Assembly: GCA_001661245.1 (NCBI GenBank)
Contig: KV454017.1
Coordinates: 713,903 to 777,902, forward strand
DNA: 64,000 nucleotides
Direction: 5' to 3'
Source: Pachysolen tannophilus NRRL Y-2460
Lineage: Eukaryota
The notes beneath the pieces are model-generated. The model did no database searches. It worked only from the letters and a program-made list of their open reading frames with translations, and had not been told where the DNA came from. Numbering within the stretch: position 1 is the first letter of the stretch; every line of letters begins with the position of its first letter. The translations under genes and the position numbers were made by a program. Below, one piece after another: positions 36,407-47,816 of this stretch.

Positions 36407-37244
36407 TCATAAGGCATCCAATCTATCATTAATTTCCTGAGGACTCAATTTCTTAAATCTTGGTCCTTTTACTCCCTCTTGACCTTTGAAACCCAACAAA
36501 TTCTCATCTTCGCTTCCAATCACACTAATTTCAACTGTATCTCCATTCATTTCACCTTCAATTGATTCTTTTAAAGTTAAAAGAGCAATATGTATGGCAT
36601 CTTCTAATTCCAATTCCTCGTTCCATCTTTTTTCTAGAAAAGTCTTGGCAGCGTTTGAACTCTTACCTATAGCAGTTGCCTTCCAAGGGAAATATGATCC
36701 AGATGGATCTACTTGATAAAGCATATAACCATTTTGTTCATCATGGCCTCCTACTAATAATGAAACACCATATGGTCTAACACCAGCACTTTGAGTGGCT
36801 TCTTGCATAATTTTTGCAATTTCTGAAGTTAAAATTTTTGTTGGAGGATATTCATTATAAATTCTCTTATATCTAGTATGTGAAACTTTCCTTGAAGCAT
36901 CAACCAATACTCTAAAATCAGGACCCATTCCAGAATATGTCATTCCAATATCTGGAGTTATATTGACTATTTTATTTTCATAGTCAGAATTCACCAAAGA
37001 AGAATTGGATTTTTTCTCTGTTGCCAATACAACTCCATTTGTTGCTTTAATACCCAATGATGTTACTCCTTGTTTAACAACATTCAAAGCATACTCGATT
37101 TGAACTAATTTACCACTAAACAATACAATCAAAAAAAGTTAGTAATCATCATTGAATTGAGTCCAAAAAAAATAAAATAAAATAAAATAAAAAACTTAAC
37201 TTTGGAGAGAAAGTTGTTAAAGAGAACGAATATCTATCAGCCAT
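36407..37244 (-). CDS. PRE8: 20S proteasome alpha-2 subunit; exons 37244-37201 and 37115-36407
   Basis: MADRYSFSLTTFSP joined to NGKLVQIEYAL. Donor GTTAAG at 37200, TACTAAC at 37144-37138, TAG at 37116. Confidence 0.95.
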
Positions 37245-37448
37245 TTTCTTTCAACTTTTTCTTAGTTTTGTTTTTCTCTTTTTTTTTTTTTTATACAACT
37301 TATACTGTAAAATATCAATTTTCGTCCACAATTCAAATTGAACTTCAACCACTACAATACAAGCAAAAGTTGATAATATAATTAATACAATTCAAAGAAA
37401 TAAAAAAAAATAAAAAAAAATGAATTAACTACAAAATCATATAGAAAT

Positions 37449-37457
37449 GGTGGCAAT
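37449..37457. promoter_or_regulatory. PACE-like (Rpn4) element GGTGGCAAT upstream of PRE8
   Basis: One mismatch to GGTGGCAAA, about 205 bp upstream of a proteasome subunit gene. Confidence 0.6.
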
Positions 37458-37579
37458 TTGCCAGACAATTTGATACTTTTTTTCTTTATTTAAAAAAAAA
37501 CCAAATAAAACAATAATTCGTCTATACATACACTACCAATGGTATCAATTATAACTTATAACCTCTCTATATGAATGAT

Positions 37580-38653
37580 TTAAAGATAACGATTTGTTTT
37601 GAAAAGGAAGGATTCGTAAACTGTTTGTTTGGGAGTTATGTGATTATTTGTCAGCTTGTTGTGATGGTATTTTTTTTGGCTTAAAAATAGTGTTTTTTTA
37701 AGACCTTGTGATGTTTTTTTCAAATGCCAAAAATTACATTTAGTACCTCTGATACAATGATCTGAACAAGTTGCTTCTGAAAAATCTTTAACTGGAGTCA
37801 ATTCTGCAAAAATAGGTCTTTGATTGTACCATCTTTTGTTCAAGTCATCTGCTGCTCTGTATGCATCTTCTTGGTTTGAAAATTTGATGTATACATTACC
37901 ATTTAAATGATTAAAATTTTCACAAACAACCATATCTTCAATATAACCATATTTTAATGCACATTCAAGAAAAATATCTTTATAAAAATCATCAAATTGT
38001 TTTTGAATGTCTTCTTCAGTTAATTCATGTAATGATCTTGTATCTGAATGGAAATATGTTTCTTTAAATTTTTTTTCATCTATTGATTGTTGTTGTTGTT
38101 CTTCTTCTTCTTCTGTTTGTTGAGTATTATTGGAAGTAGTGGATATAGTAGATACTGGTGGCATTGAAGGAATTGATGGCGGTATAGAAGGTGGAGTTGA
38201 AAAAGATACCGGTGTAGCTGATGATGAATTACTTTGTGTTAGATTGTCCTCGGTAATACCACTTGAACCTATTCCTGTTTGTTGTACCGAGTTTTCTTCA
38301 CCATCTTGAAGTTTCCCATTACCATTTATTTGTCTTTGATTTTCTCTTTGAGATTCTAATTCTTTATAACGAGCTTCTTCAAATAACTCAAATTTCGGAT
38401 TTAGATACAAGTTCGGGCACATTATAACATTAGATTGAGTTGGCCTTATATGTTTTCTTGAACATCTATCCCCATGACGACAAGCACCTATCTTGTTATA
38501 AAATGTACTATATGCAAAAACAAAAGAAAAGAAAAAAAAAGTTGTTAGTTAGTAACAATATACTTCATAATCATCATCTAACCAAACTAAAATCACTTAC
38601 CATGTAATCCTATCTGACTCATCTGCATATCCAGAGTTTGAATATCTAGACAT
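37580..38653 (-). CDS. U2AF1: U2AF small subunit (U2AF35/U2AF23); exons 38653-38601 and 38507-37580
   Basis: Spliced ZnF1 reads CTFYNKIGACRHGDRCSRKH. UHM has FDDFYKDIF, VCENFNHLNGNVYIKF, LNKRWYNQRPIFAELTPV. GTAAGT at 38600, TACTAAC at 38554-38548, TAG at 38508. Confidence 0.92.
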
Positions 38654-39094
38654 GATGCTTTCAAAACAATTTTTTAAAAAATAAAATAATTTACAAAATG
38701 AATATTAAATAATTAAAATTAAATTTAAAATTATTTTATTTTATTTTATTTTTCACACCTAAGAAAAAAAAATTAATTAAATAGATTTTGTAACTAAAAA
38801 TTTGAAAAATAATACTTTTACGTATATATGGAATAAATAAATATTAATATGATCCAAAATAAGAATTTTCCAAACACGAAATTAACAAGTATAAAAAGAA
38901 TCAAATAATCAAGAAGTATGAAAGAAAAATGGGAGCCCAATAATAAAAATAATAAAAAATAAAAATAGAAAAAAAATTACATAAAGAACAACTTTCAATC
39001 TATAACAACAACAATAAGAATAAGAATAATAATCATAATAATAAATGGAATAAGGAAATTGGGAATAGATACATAGATATTAAGCTTTTTTTTT

Positions 39095-40514
39095 TTATTT
39101 TTTTTCATAAATTCTTCTAAATTTATCATCAATAGAAACCAAATAATAAGTACCTTCTTTAAGGTTTTCGATACTACCACTTGGTTTAAAATTTTTTTGT
39201 AAATGAATTTTTTCTCTTAAATCAATTGCTTCTTCATATTCTTTTGGAGTTTTTTCGAATCTTGAAGCTAATTTTTTCTTTAAATCTAATGTATTTAAGA
39301 TTGGTTCAATATCACCAACAATTTTAAAACTAAAAATACTTGCAGCTAAACCCGAACCATATGAAAACAGACCAATTCTTTTTCCTTGTACATTTTCATT
39401 ACCAACATAAGTTAATAATGATGCTAAAGAAGACCATACTGAAGCAGTATAAATATTACCGACATTAGTGGCAAATTCTAATGAAGGTTTAACGTTAGTA
39501 GCAAATTGAGTTTTTGTAGAAGCTGAATAAGCTTTAACATCATATTCACCAGTTGCCTTATCCAATGCAACATCATCTAAATAGCTTAATCTAGCATAAG
39601 ATTTAGAAACTAATTTACAAGTTGGAACATGGAAAATATTATAATCAAAGAAATCTAAACCAACAACTTTTCCACTTAAACCTTGAGTTAAACCTTTTTT
39701 AATTGCTTTTTTAGAATAATGTTTATAACATTCATCAACTGCATCAACATAACATTGTAAAGAATAATGACCATCAACAACTGGATATTCAGAGGTGAAA
39801 TCTGGCTTATAAAAATCATAAACATGTTTCATATAAGAACCATGAACTGGTTCAAGTACAATTGGAGCATCTGGACCAATTAACATAGCTACAGTTCCAG
39901 CACCACCAGTTGGTCTTGCAGCACCTTTTGCATAGATTGCAATATCACCACAGACAACAATTGCATATCTACCATCCCATGAATCAGATTGAATCCAGTT
40001 GACTGCATTGAAAACCGCATTGGTACCACCATAACAAGCATTGACAGTATCAATCCCTTCAATATCAGTATTCTCATCAAAAAGTTGCATCAATACAGAT
40101 TTAACCGATTTTGATTTATCCAATAAAGTCTCAGTACCAACTTCTAACCTACCAATCTGAGATTTATCAATATTATATTTTGTTAACAAATTGCTCAAGA
40201 CAGTAAGAGACATCGAATAAATATCTTCTCTATCATTAACAAAAGCCATATTTGTTTGTCCTAAACCAATTGTATATTTACCAGCACCAACATTATCATA
40301 TTTCTCTAATTCAGCTTGGCTAACATACTATCATAGTTTCCACAACATTGTTAGTTAATCAATTACTTATTTTATTTTAAAATAATAATAAAATAAAAAA
40401 AAAAAAAAAAATCTCTTTATTAAACAATCCCCTTTCCCCTCTTGTTATAATACTTACTTCACTAGGTACATATATTTCAATGGCCTTTATACCAACATTT
40501 TGTGGACGAGTCAT
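39095..40514 (-). CDS. ERG13: HMG-CoA synthase; exons 40514-40458 and 40327-39095
   Basis: Exon 1 [25 protein letters not shown] at 40457, AACTAAC branch, TAG at 40328. Catalytic motifs VGTET, NACYGGT, FHVPTCK. Confidence 0.96.
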
Positions 40515-41130
40515 TTTGTATCTTTCTTTCTTTCTTTCTTTCTTAAAAAGTATCAAAGCACTTCTATTATTTAATAAATATTCAAGAATTAGAATTTTTT
40601 ATTAAACAACCAATTATTGCAACAATAACGTTTCAATAAAATTAATTAATCAATACGAAAAAAAAAAAGAAAAACAAAAAAGAGAAAAAGAAGAAAAAAA
40701 AAACAACTGAATTTAAATACTTTTTATATTGCTTCTTCCCCTTTGAATAGATCTGAAAAATTAAACCAAAAAAAAACAAAAAATCAACGCGAAAAATACG
40801 AACAAAAATTTTTGTAAACGAGAACAATCTTTTTGTGCGATACGTGCACTACCACGTTTTTTTGCTCCACTCGAGAGCATTTTCTATAGTTGATGACTAA
40901 GATGATAACGATAACGATAACGATAACAAATACGATGATAATTACAATTTAGTTGCAAGAAAACGTGTTTTTGTTTCGTAAAGTATATTTTTTTTATAGA
41001 GAAAAAAAAATATAAAATAAAATAAAAAATAAAAAATAAAAAAATAAAAAATAAAAAAAATAGAGAGGAGGTATATATAGTGTTAGAAAGCTCAATGTGA
41101 GAAGACGGTTTTTTTTTTTTTTAATTTTTT

Positions 41131-43140
41131 TCAGCCGCGTAAAAGAGCTGGGGATTGGCGGGAAACCCAGTTCTTGAGGTCGGCGTACTTGCTCTTAACC
41201 GTTTCTTCGACACCACTGTAAAAAGAGTCAGTTTGGAACCACCCATCTGAATGATGGCCTTTATGGTGGTGATGACCAGAATTAAAATTAAACCATGATT
41301 TTGATTTGGAATGGCCATTTGAATGAGGACCAAATCCATTCAAGTAGTATTGTGTATTTTCCTTTGCCTTTTCAATCAATTTTTCATGACTCCAACCTTG
41401 GGTATCTTTAACCCCAAAAGTTTTCAAGTATTCGTTCAAATCATTTACAGACCATTGATTGAAATAGTTTAACAAGTCGTTATAAGTGTCTGAACCATAA
41501 CCTCGAGCATTGGTTGCAGCTTGATAAGCAGTATCTTTAACTTTTTTACCAAAATCCCCAACTGGTTTTTTATAGTTATCGTACAAGTTATTTGCTTGAT
41601 CTTTTGCCTTGGATCCATAATCCAGTGCAGCATCTTTAGCTTTGTTTCCCGCGTGATATGCATGGTCTTTATAGTAGTTTTGCTTTTCCAGGTGTGAAAG
41701 AAAATCTGATGCTTTTTGAATAACATCATCTCGAACACCTTCGGCATTCACTTTGTTGGCAACTAACCATTCCCTAATCTTATCAGTTGACCAACCTTCA
41801 AAAACCCATGATGGTAAATATTCTTTTACCTTTAATGGTGGTTTGGAACGGTTGCTCTTAACTAGTTTAACTAAATCTTTCCTAGTAGCAAAAATTGGGA
41901 TTGAAACACCACGAGATTTTAAAAAAGAATTTAATCTAGCCTTGGACCAATTTTCAACATCAATCATAAATGTATCATTAACAATTTCACCAATTTTATG
42001 TTTAGCATTTTCTGATGAAGGCTTCTTACTCAAATATGGATCAACTTTACTCTTTGTATATTCAACCCATGAATCAATATCAGATTGTAATGAATCAATA
42101 TTTGTCTTGACCAAATCTTTTAAATAACTCTTATCATCTTTTGAAGTAACAGAAATATCATGATATTGTAACCATTCTCTCAATTGAGATTCAGACCAAG
42201 TATCCAAGAATTGATCTTTAATATTTTTAGAATCTTTATCAAATAAACTTTTCTGATTTGAAAGATCTAAAGTATCCAATAAGCTATTGACTGAATCTTT
42301 CAAAGAAATAGATGCAGGATAAATGTTTTCACGTACTTGAGTAACCAAATAATCACGATCACTGACTAATCTCTCATTAACAGCAATTCCTTGTTTATTC
42401 AACCAATCATTCAAATCTTCAACCGACCATTGAGAATATAACCAATCACCAGGGTATTTACCACTAGATTTATAATGCAGAGCAATTTTATCAAAGTTAT
42501 CCCTAGCAGTCTTGATCAATTTTTCTTTAGAATCATTGGAATGATACTTGATCTTTGCATCTTTTAAAACTTTTTGTAATTGTTTTGAATTCCAAGTCTC
42601 AAAAACCCAATCTGAAATTTCATTTTTCTTAGAATCAATACTATCACCAGCATTATTCAAAGATTGTGTAACAAAACCATAAGATTTAGCAACCTTATCA
42701 CTAATACCAGTAGATCCAATGAACCCCAATACATGCTGTTTTACATCTTGCAAAGGAGCCAAATATGAGCCTAAACCTTTGGAGTTATCACCATCACCAT
42801 CATGATCATGATCATAATCATAATCATAATGCTTGCTATAATACTCACCCAATTTGGTCAATTCTTCTTCAGCTAATTTCCTCAATTCCGGTTCTTGATC
42901 TTTCAAAGCATTATAATGAATATGACGATCTTTTAAAAACTGTTTTAAATCATTCAAGTCCCAAGAAGAGTATATTGCTTCTACTTGAGAGCGAATAGTT
43001 TCACCGGGCCGGTTAAACCCAGAATTGACAGTATCTGTAACTTTATTGGCTCCAACAAGCAAATCAAAGCTCGAAGACAAAAAGAACACCGTAACAATTG
43101 TTATCAAAAGAAAATCTAAACTCCTATTAAGCATCTTCAT
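41131..43140 (-). CDS. MSC1: Ish1/Msc1 family nuclear-envelope/ER lumen stress protein
   Basis: Signal peptide and multiple Ish1 repeats (WSESQLREWL, WSVEDLNDWL, WSKARLNSFL, WSTDKIREWL). Neighbour of ERG13 as in S. cerevisiae. Confidence 0.8.
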   Translation of the reverse strand: MKMLNRSLDFLLITIVTVFFLSSSFDLLVGANKVTDTVNSGFNRPGETIRSQVEAIYSSWDLNDLKQFLKDRHIHYNALKDQEPELRKLAEEELTKLGEYYSKHYDYDYDHDHDGDGDNSKGLGSYLAPLQDVKQHVLGFIGSTGISDKVAKSYGFVTQSLNNAGDSIDSKKNEISDWVFETWNSKQLQKVLKDAKIKYHSNDSKEKLIKTARDNFDKIALHYKSSGKYPGDWLYSQWSVEDLNDWLNKQGIAVNERLVSDRDYLVTQVRENIYPASISLKDSVNSLLDTLDLSNQKSLFDKDSKNIKDQFLDTWSESQLREWLQYHDISVTSKDDKSYLKDLVKTNIDSLQSDIDSWVEYTKSKVDPYLSKKPSSENAKHKIGEIVNDTFMIDVENWSKARLNSFLKSRGVSIPIFATRKDLVKLVKSNRSKPPLKVKEYLPSWVFEGWSTDKIREWLVANKVNAEGVRDDVIQKASDFLSHLEKQNYYKDHAYHAGNKAKDAALDYGSKAKDQANNLYDNYKKPVGDFGKKVKDTAYQAATNARGYGSDTYNDLLNYFNQWSVNDLNEYLKTFGVKDTQGWSHEKLIEKAKENTQYYLNGFGPHSNGHSKSKSWFNFNSGHHHHKGHHSDGWFQTDSFYSGVEETVKSKYADLKNWVSRQSPALLRG

Positions 43141-44028
43141 TTTAGATACTATTTAGTTATCTTGTTAATATAATGTTTTTTCTTTTCTGATAAAAAAAAT
43201 TAAAAAATACAAAATAAAAAAAACAAATATATATACTATATATAATACTATTTATTTATTTTTATTTTTTTTTTTTTTTTTTTCTGATTTTCAATCTTTA
43301 GTTTTTTAGTTTGCTACTACTTAATTCATATAAATAAAAATAAATCACAACTCTGAAAAGACATGAACTACACTTTTTTTCCTTGCAAATACCTTATTTA
43401 ATCAAACAGTTTGTATATAATACTCCTCCTACTATAACTGCTCATAGCAAAGATCATCGATAATTGCTATTGTAGTGTGCATGATGCAAACAAATGACTC
43501 TTCTAGTAGAATCTACGAAACTTCGAGTATTCGTTTAAAAAAAAAAGGCATAAAGAGTAAAACACGTGGAATTTTCATCTTATCATTCAGTATCTACCAA
43601 TTTAATAATCTTTTCTTCATCCAGCACGTACTTTTCCATTTGTTCTTAATCCAACTTCGTGGGGTACTAAACATAGTTACCCCTTTTATGTTGGCGAAAC
43701 TTTTTTTTAGTTTTTTTTTTGTGCTTCTTGCAGCAAGCAGCCTTTGAAAGCGACTGCTCGTTACCCCCAATATTATTGACACGTTGCCTCTAATGAAGGA
43801 CTTATTTTTATTTGGCAGATTTTTTATTGGTTTTTTTTGGTTTTTTGATTTTGTTTTCACTACTTCTGAAAAAAGGCCGTAAAGGCTGTTGACTGATAAC
43901 TAGACAGCCTAGAAGACATATTAATACACATATATATATATATATATATATAAAGAGATAAAATTAAAAAAAAAACTAATTTAATCTAATAATTTAAAGA
44001 TTTCGAAGTTTAAGTTTAAGTTGGGAAG

Positions 44029-45097
44029 ATGGCGGTTAGCAGTAGCAGTTCGCGGAAAAAACTTTTGTTAATGGTATGTTCTGATGTAAACTATATTGGA
44101 TTTAATTATTTTTTTTTTTAGTAGCACCATCATACTAACAATATTGTTAATTGTTGTTTATTTGTATTTTTTTTTTTAATTATAGGGACGCAGTGGTTCT
44201 GGTAAATCTTCGATGCGTTCCATTATTTTCAGTAATTATTCAGCTTTTGATACAAGGCGTTTAGGAGCAACAATGGATGTTGAACATTCTAATTTAAGAT
44301 TTTTGAATAATATGACATTGAATTTATGGGATTGTGGTGGTCAAGATGTATTTATTGAAAATTTTTTAAATACATCAACAAATCAACCAAATTCAAATAA
44401 TAATATTTTCAAAAAATGTGAAGTTTTAATTCATGTTTTTGATGTTGAAAGTAAAGAAGTTACAAAAGATATAGAAATTTTTCAAAGAGTATTAAAAAAT
44501 TTAAATCAATTTTCACCTCAATGTAAAGTTTTCATATTATTACATAAAATGGATTTAATACAAATTAGTAAAAGAAATGAATTATTTCAAATAATGTTCA
44601 CTAAATTACAAGAAATTGCAACACCTTTCAATTTTAATATTACAGGTTTTGCTACTTCAATATGGGATGAAAGTTTATATAAAGCTTGGTCTTCAATTGT
44701 TTGTTCACTTATTCCAAATATTTCTGTTTATGAAAAACAATTATTAAGTTTCAACAATGTTTTAAATGCTAAAGAAATTATACTTTTCGAGAAAACTACA
44801 TTCTTGGTGATATCTTCAACAAATAATTCATTAAAAAATTCTTCAGATTCTTCAAATGATTTAGATCCAAAAAGATTTGAAAAAATATCAAATATTATCA
44901 AAACTTATAAACAAAGTGTTAACAAAGTAAGAACAAATTTTACAAGTTTAATCTTAAACGGTCTAACATCCTCAATTTATTTAGATGTTTTGAATGATAA
45001 TATGTATATAATGATAATAATGGATCATCAAGATAATATTAATGATGATAATTTGGTATTAGAAAATGTTAAAATATTTAGCAAATTATTTCAATAA
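44029..45097 (+). CDS. GTR1: Rag family GTPase; exons 44029-44073 and 44186-45097
   Basis: RKKLLLM joined to GRSGSGKSSMRSIIF. GTATGT at 44074, TACTAAC at 44133-44139, TAG at 44185. WDCGGQ, HKMD, TSIWDESLYKAWS. Confidence 0.96.
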
Positions 45098-45406
45098 TGA
45101 TTTTTTTTTTTCAAAAAATGTATTTATTTAGTACAAATATTTATAGTAAATACTTTTCAATTTTAAAATTTTGAATAGTCCGCTATTGCCATAATGAATA
45201 ATAAAAATTTTTAGAGAAAAAAAAAAAAAAGAAAATAATAATTTTAAATCTTCCTTTTATCATGTAATATTTGAAAACATAACTAAAAGAAAATTAATGG
45301 AAAAACGTATAATAGCAGTCAACAAGAAAGAAAAGAAAAAATGTCTTAAAATTAAATAATTTTTTTTTTTTTTTTTTAAAAATGTCTGAAAAAATTCATA
45401 AATGAT

Positions 45407-46860
45407 TTAAAAAATATGATATAATCCTAAACCTAATGCAAAAACACAAATTGTAATAGCATATAATAATTGGTTACAATCTTGGGTTTCTTTTGCTAAT
45501 ATTGGTTCAATTTTTTTATCCAATTGAACTTTATGTTTGACACAATCAAAAATTTCATTTCCCTTTGGTAATTTAGCTCCAATTGGTAAATGATCTTCTG
45601 GGAATAAACTTTCTATGAATTGTTCTATTTGACCACATTGTATACCTATTTGTAAATAATTTCTATCATCAACTGGACATTTATGATGAATTCTTCTTAT
45701 ATATCTACGGAAAATATTAATACAACCTTTATAAGTTCTTGATTCTAAAATTAATTGACAAGTTTCACCTTTTCTAATTTTAACATTTCTTTCAAATACC
45801 AATGGATTTTGGAAAACAAGTTCTAAAGTTGCAATTGCCATTACTTGTGGAATAACACAAAATTGATAAGTTGATGTTTCTTCAATTAATGATAAATAAA
45901 TCAATACATCTTTAACATGAGATAAATCATTTAAAACTAATTCACTTACACATTCTAAACTTTTTTTCCTATTTTCTTTTAATTCAAAATCTTTTAAAGT
46001 ATTAATATATTTTGACCAAATTTCTTTTGGCCAAAAAGATCTTCCATCATCTAAATCTTCTTTAAAATCTCTTATAATATTTGCTTTTTGTAAAAAAAGT
46101 CCCATTGAATGAGTTAAATGTAAATATTCATTTTTAACTATTTTTGGATTTGCAAAACCTGCTTCTACATTTAATTTTGTTAAACCTAATCCAACTAATC
46201 CTGCAACATAATAACAATATAAATCATAATCTTTTATTGTTGCAACTCCATTTAAATTGAATTGATCATCTCCAATATAATCAGCCATACCATTTCCCAT
46301 TAATTTAGTAATATCACTAATAACTTCTTTATATTTTGGTTTTAATTTATGATATTCTATTAAAACATTATTAAATTTTACTAAAACAATTCTATCTTTT
46401 TCATTTGGTCCATTCCCATTAAAAGTCCAATCTTTTGTTTTTAATTTTTCATGGAAAGTTCTAAGTAATGGAACTTTAATTGATGGTTCAATTGTAGTAT
46501 CATCTTCAATAGTATCCAAACCTCTTAATGCCAAATAAAATATCATTATTGGAACTCTTAATTCAGGATTTAATTCCATAATAACTGCAACAAATGAACG
46601 TGATGCCACCCCCAACAATTCAAAACAAATTTTTAAAGATTCTGATTCTGAATTAACATCACGAGGATACTGAGTTTCTCTAAAAAATTTTCTTTTCAAT
46701 AATAATTTAATAATTTTTTTTTCCAAATCCAAATCGTTAGTTCATACAATAGAAGAAATATATCTAATAAGATAAATTATTATTATATTTTTTTTACTTA
46801 CAATTGAATAGCAGCTTTTAACTCCAGAGGATGCAAAAAAAACTGAATCAGCTTCTCCAT
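45407..46860 (-). CDS. ERG9: Squalene synthase; exons 46860-46802 and 46691-45407 (alternative in-frame acceptor at 46680)
   Basis: Exon 1 ...LHPxELKAAIQL, GTAAGT at 46801, AACTAAC at 46742-46736. Motifs SRSF, LDTIEDD, YVAGLVG, IIRDFKED, IPQVMAIATL, VKIRKG and a C-terminal TM anchor. Confidence 0.92.
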
Positions 46861-47816
46861 TTTCCTAATCTTATAAACACTAATCTTTCCTAACTTTTAA
46901 TGTTTTCAATGTTTTTTTATTTCCCCATCAAAAAAAAAGACAAAAAGAAAAAAATTAAATTAACTAACTTATATTTATTAATGTTTCCCTTACGGCATGT
47001 TCTTATTTTTCTATTAAATTTCTCGTGTTTGTTGTTGATAATTTTTTTTAAACGAAATTTTTTGGAAAAATTTTCTTTAATTGGAAAATTGGTGTTGGGG
47101 TTCACGACCATAAGAAAACCCCCATTAATTAAGAAATTATAACATTACAACATTACAACTAAGGTCAATGGTTTAGTAAGCTTTAGTAGGTTTTAATAGG
47201 TTTTAGTAGGTTTTAGGTTGATTGAGTAGAGTAAATTATTTTGTTCGAGTTGTTAAGACTTGAGAGTTTCTATTTTTTTTTTTTTTTTTTTTTTATTGCT
47301 AAACTATAGTTGAAACCAAAATTATTATTCAGTTGATGATTGCAAAATCTAGCTCAAAAAGAGTATTTGGCTCAAAACGCTTATTTGGCTGAGAGCGCTT
47401 ACCTGACTCAATAGAAAATATTAATTTTAATAAAAATTCAATCATGGTTCTTATAACTTTTCAATTTCTAGTTTAGGTTTCGTAATCTCTTATACCATTT
47501 GTGTGATTTAAAAGAAAAATCAATAAGCAAAAAAATGAAAAAATAACTTGATTAAAAACTTTGAAAAGAACTATAGACTAAAAATTTCTCATCTCTCTAT
47601 ATATCAATTACAACATATTTATAAATATATAAATATTTAATTCATTTATATACTTTGGACAATTAAAATCTTTTAATTTTCGTTAAAAAAAACGTTAAAA
47701 AAATAGGAAAAAAAAATCTACAAAAATTGTACTATAAAAAAAATAAAAAAACCCAAAATTATTTCTCGAGTTGTTAAAAGATCGATTTTAGCGCTATTAG
47801 GTTTGATTTTATCAAT

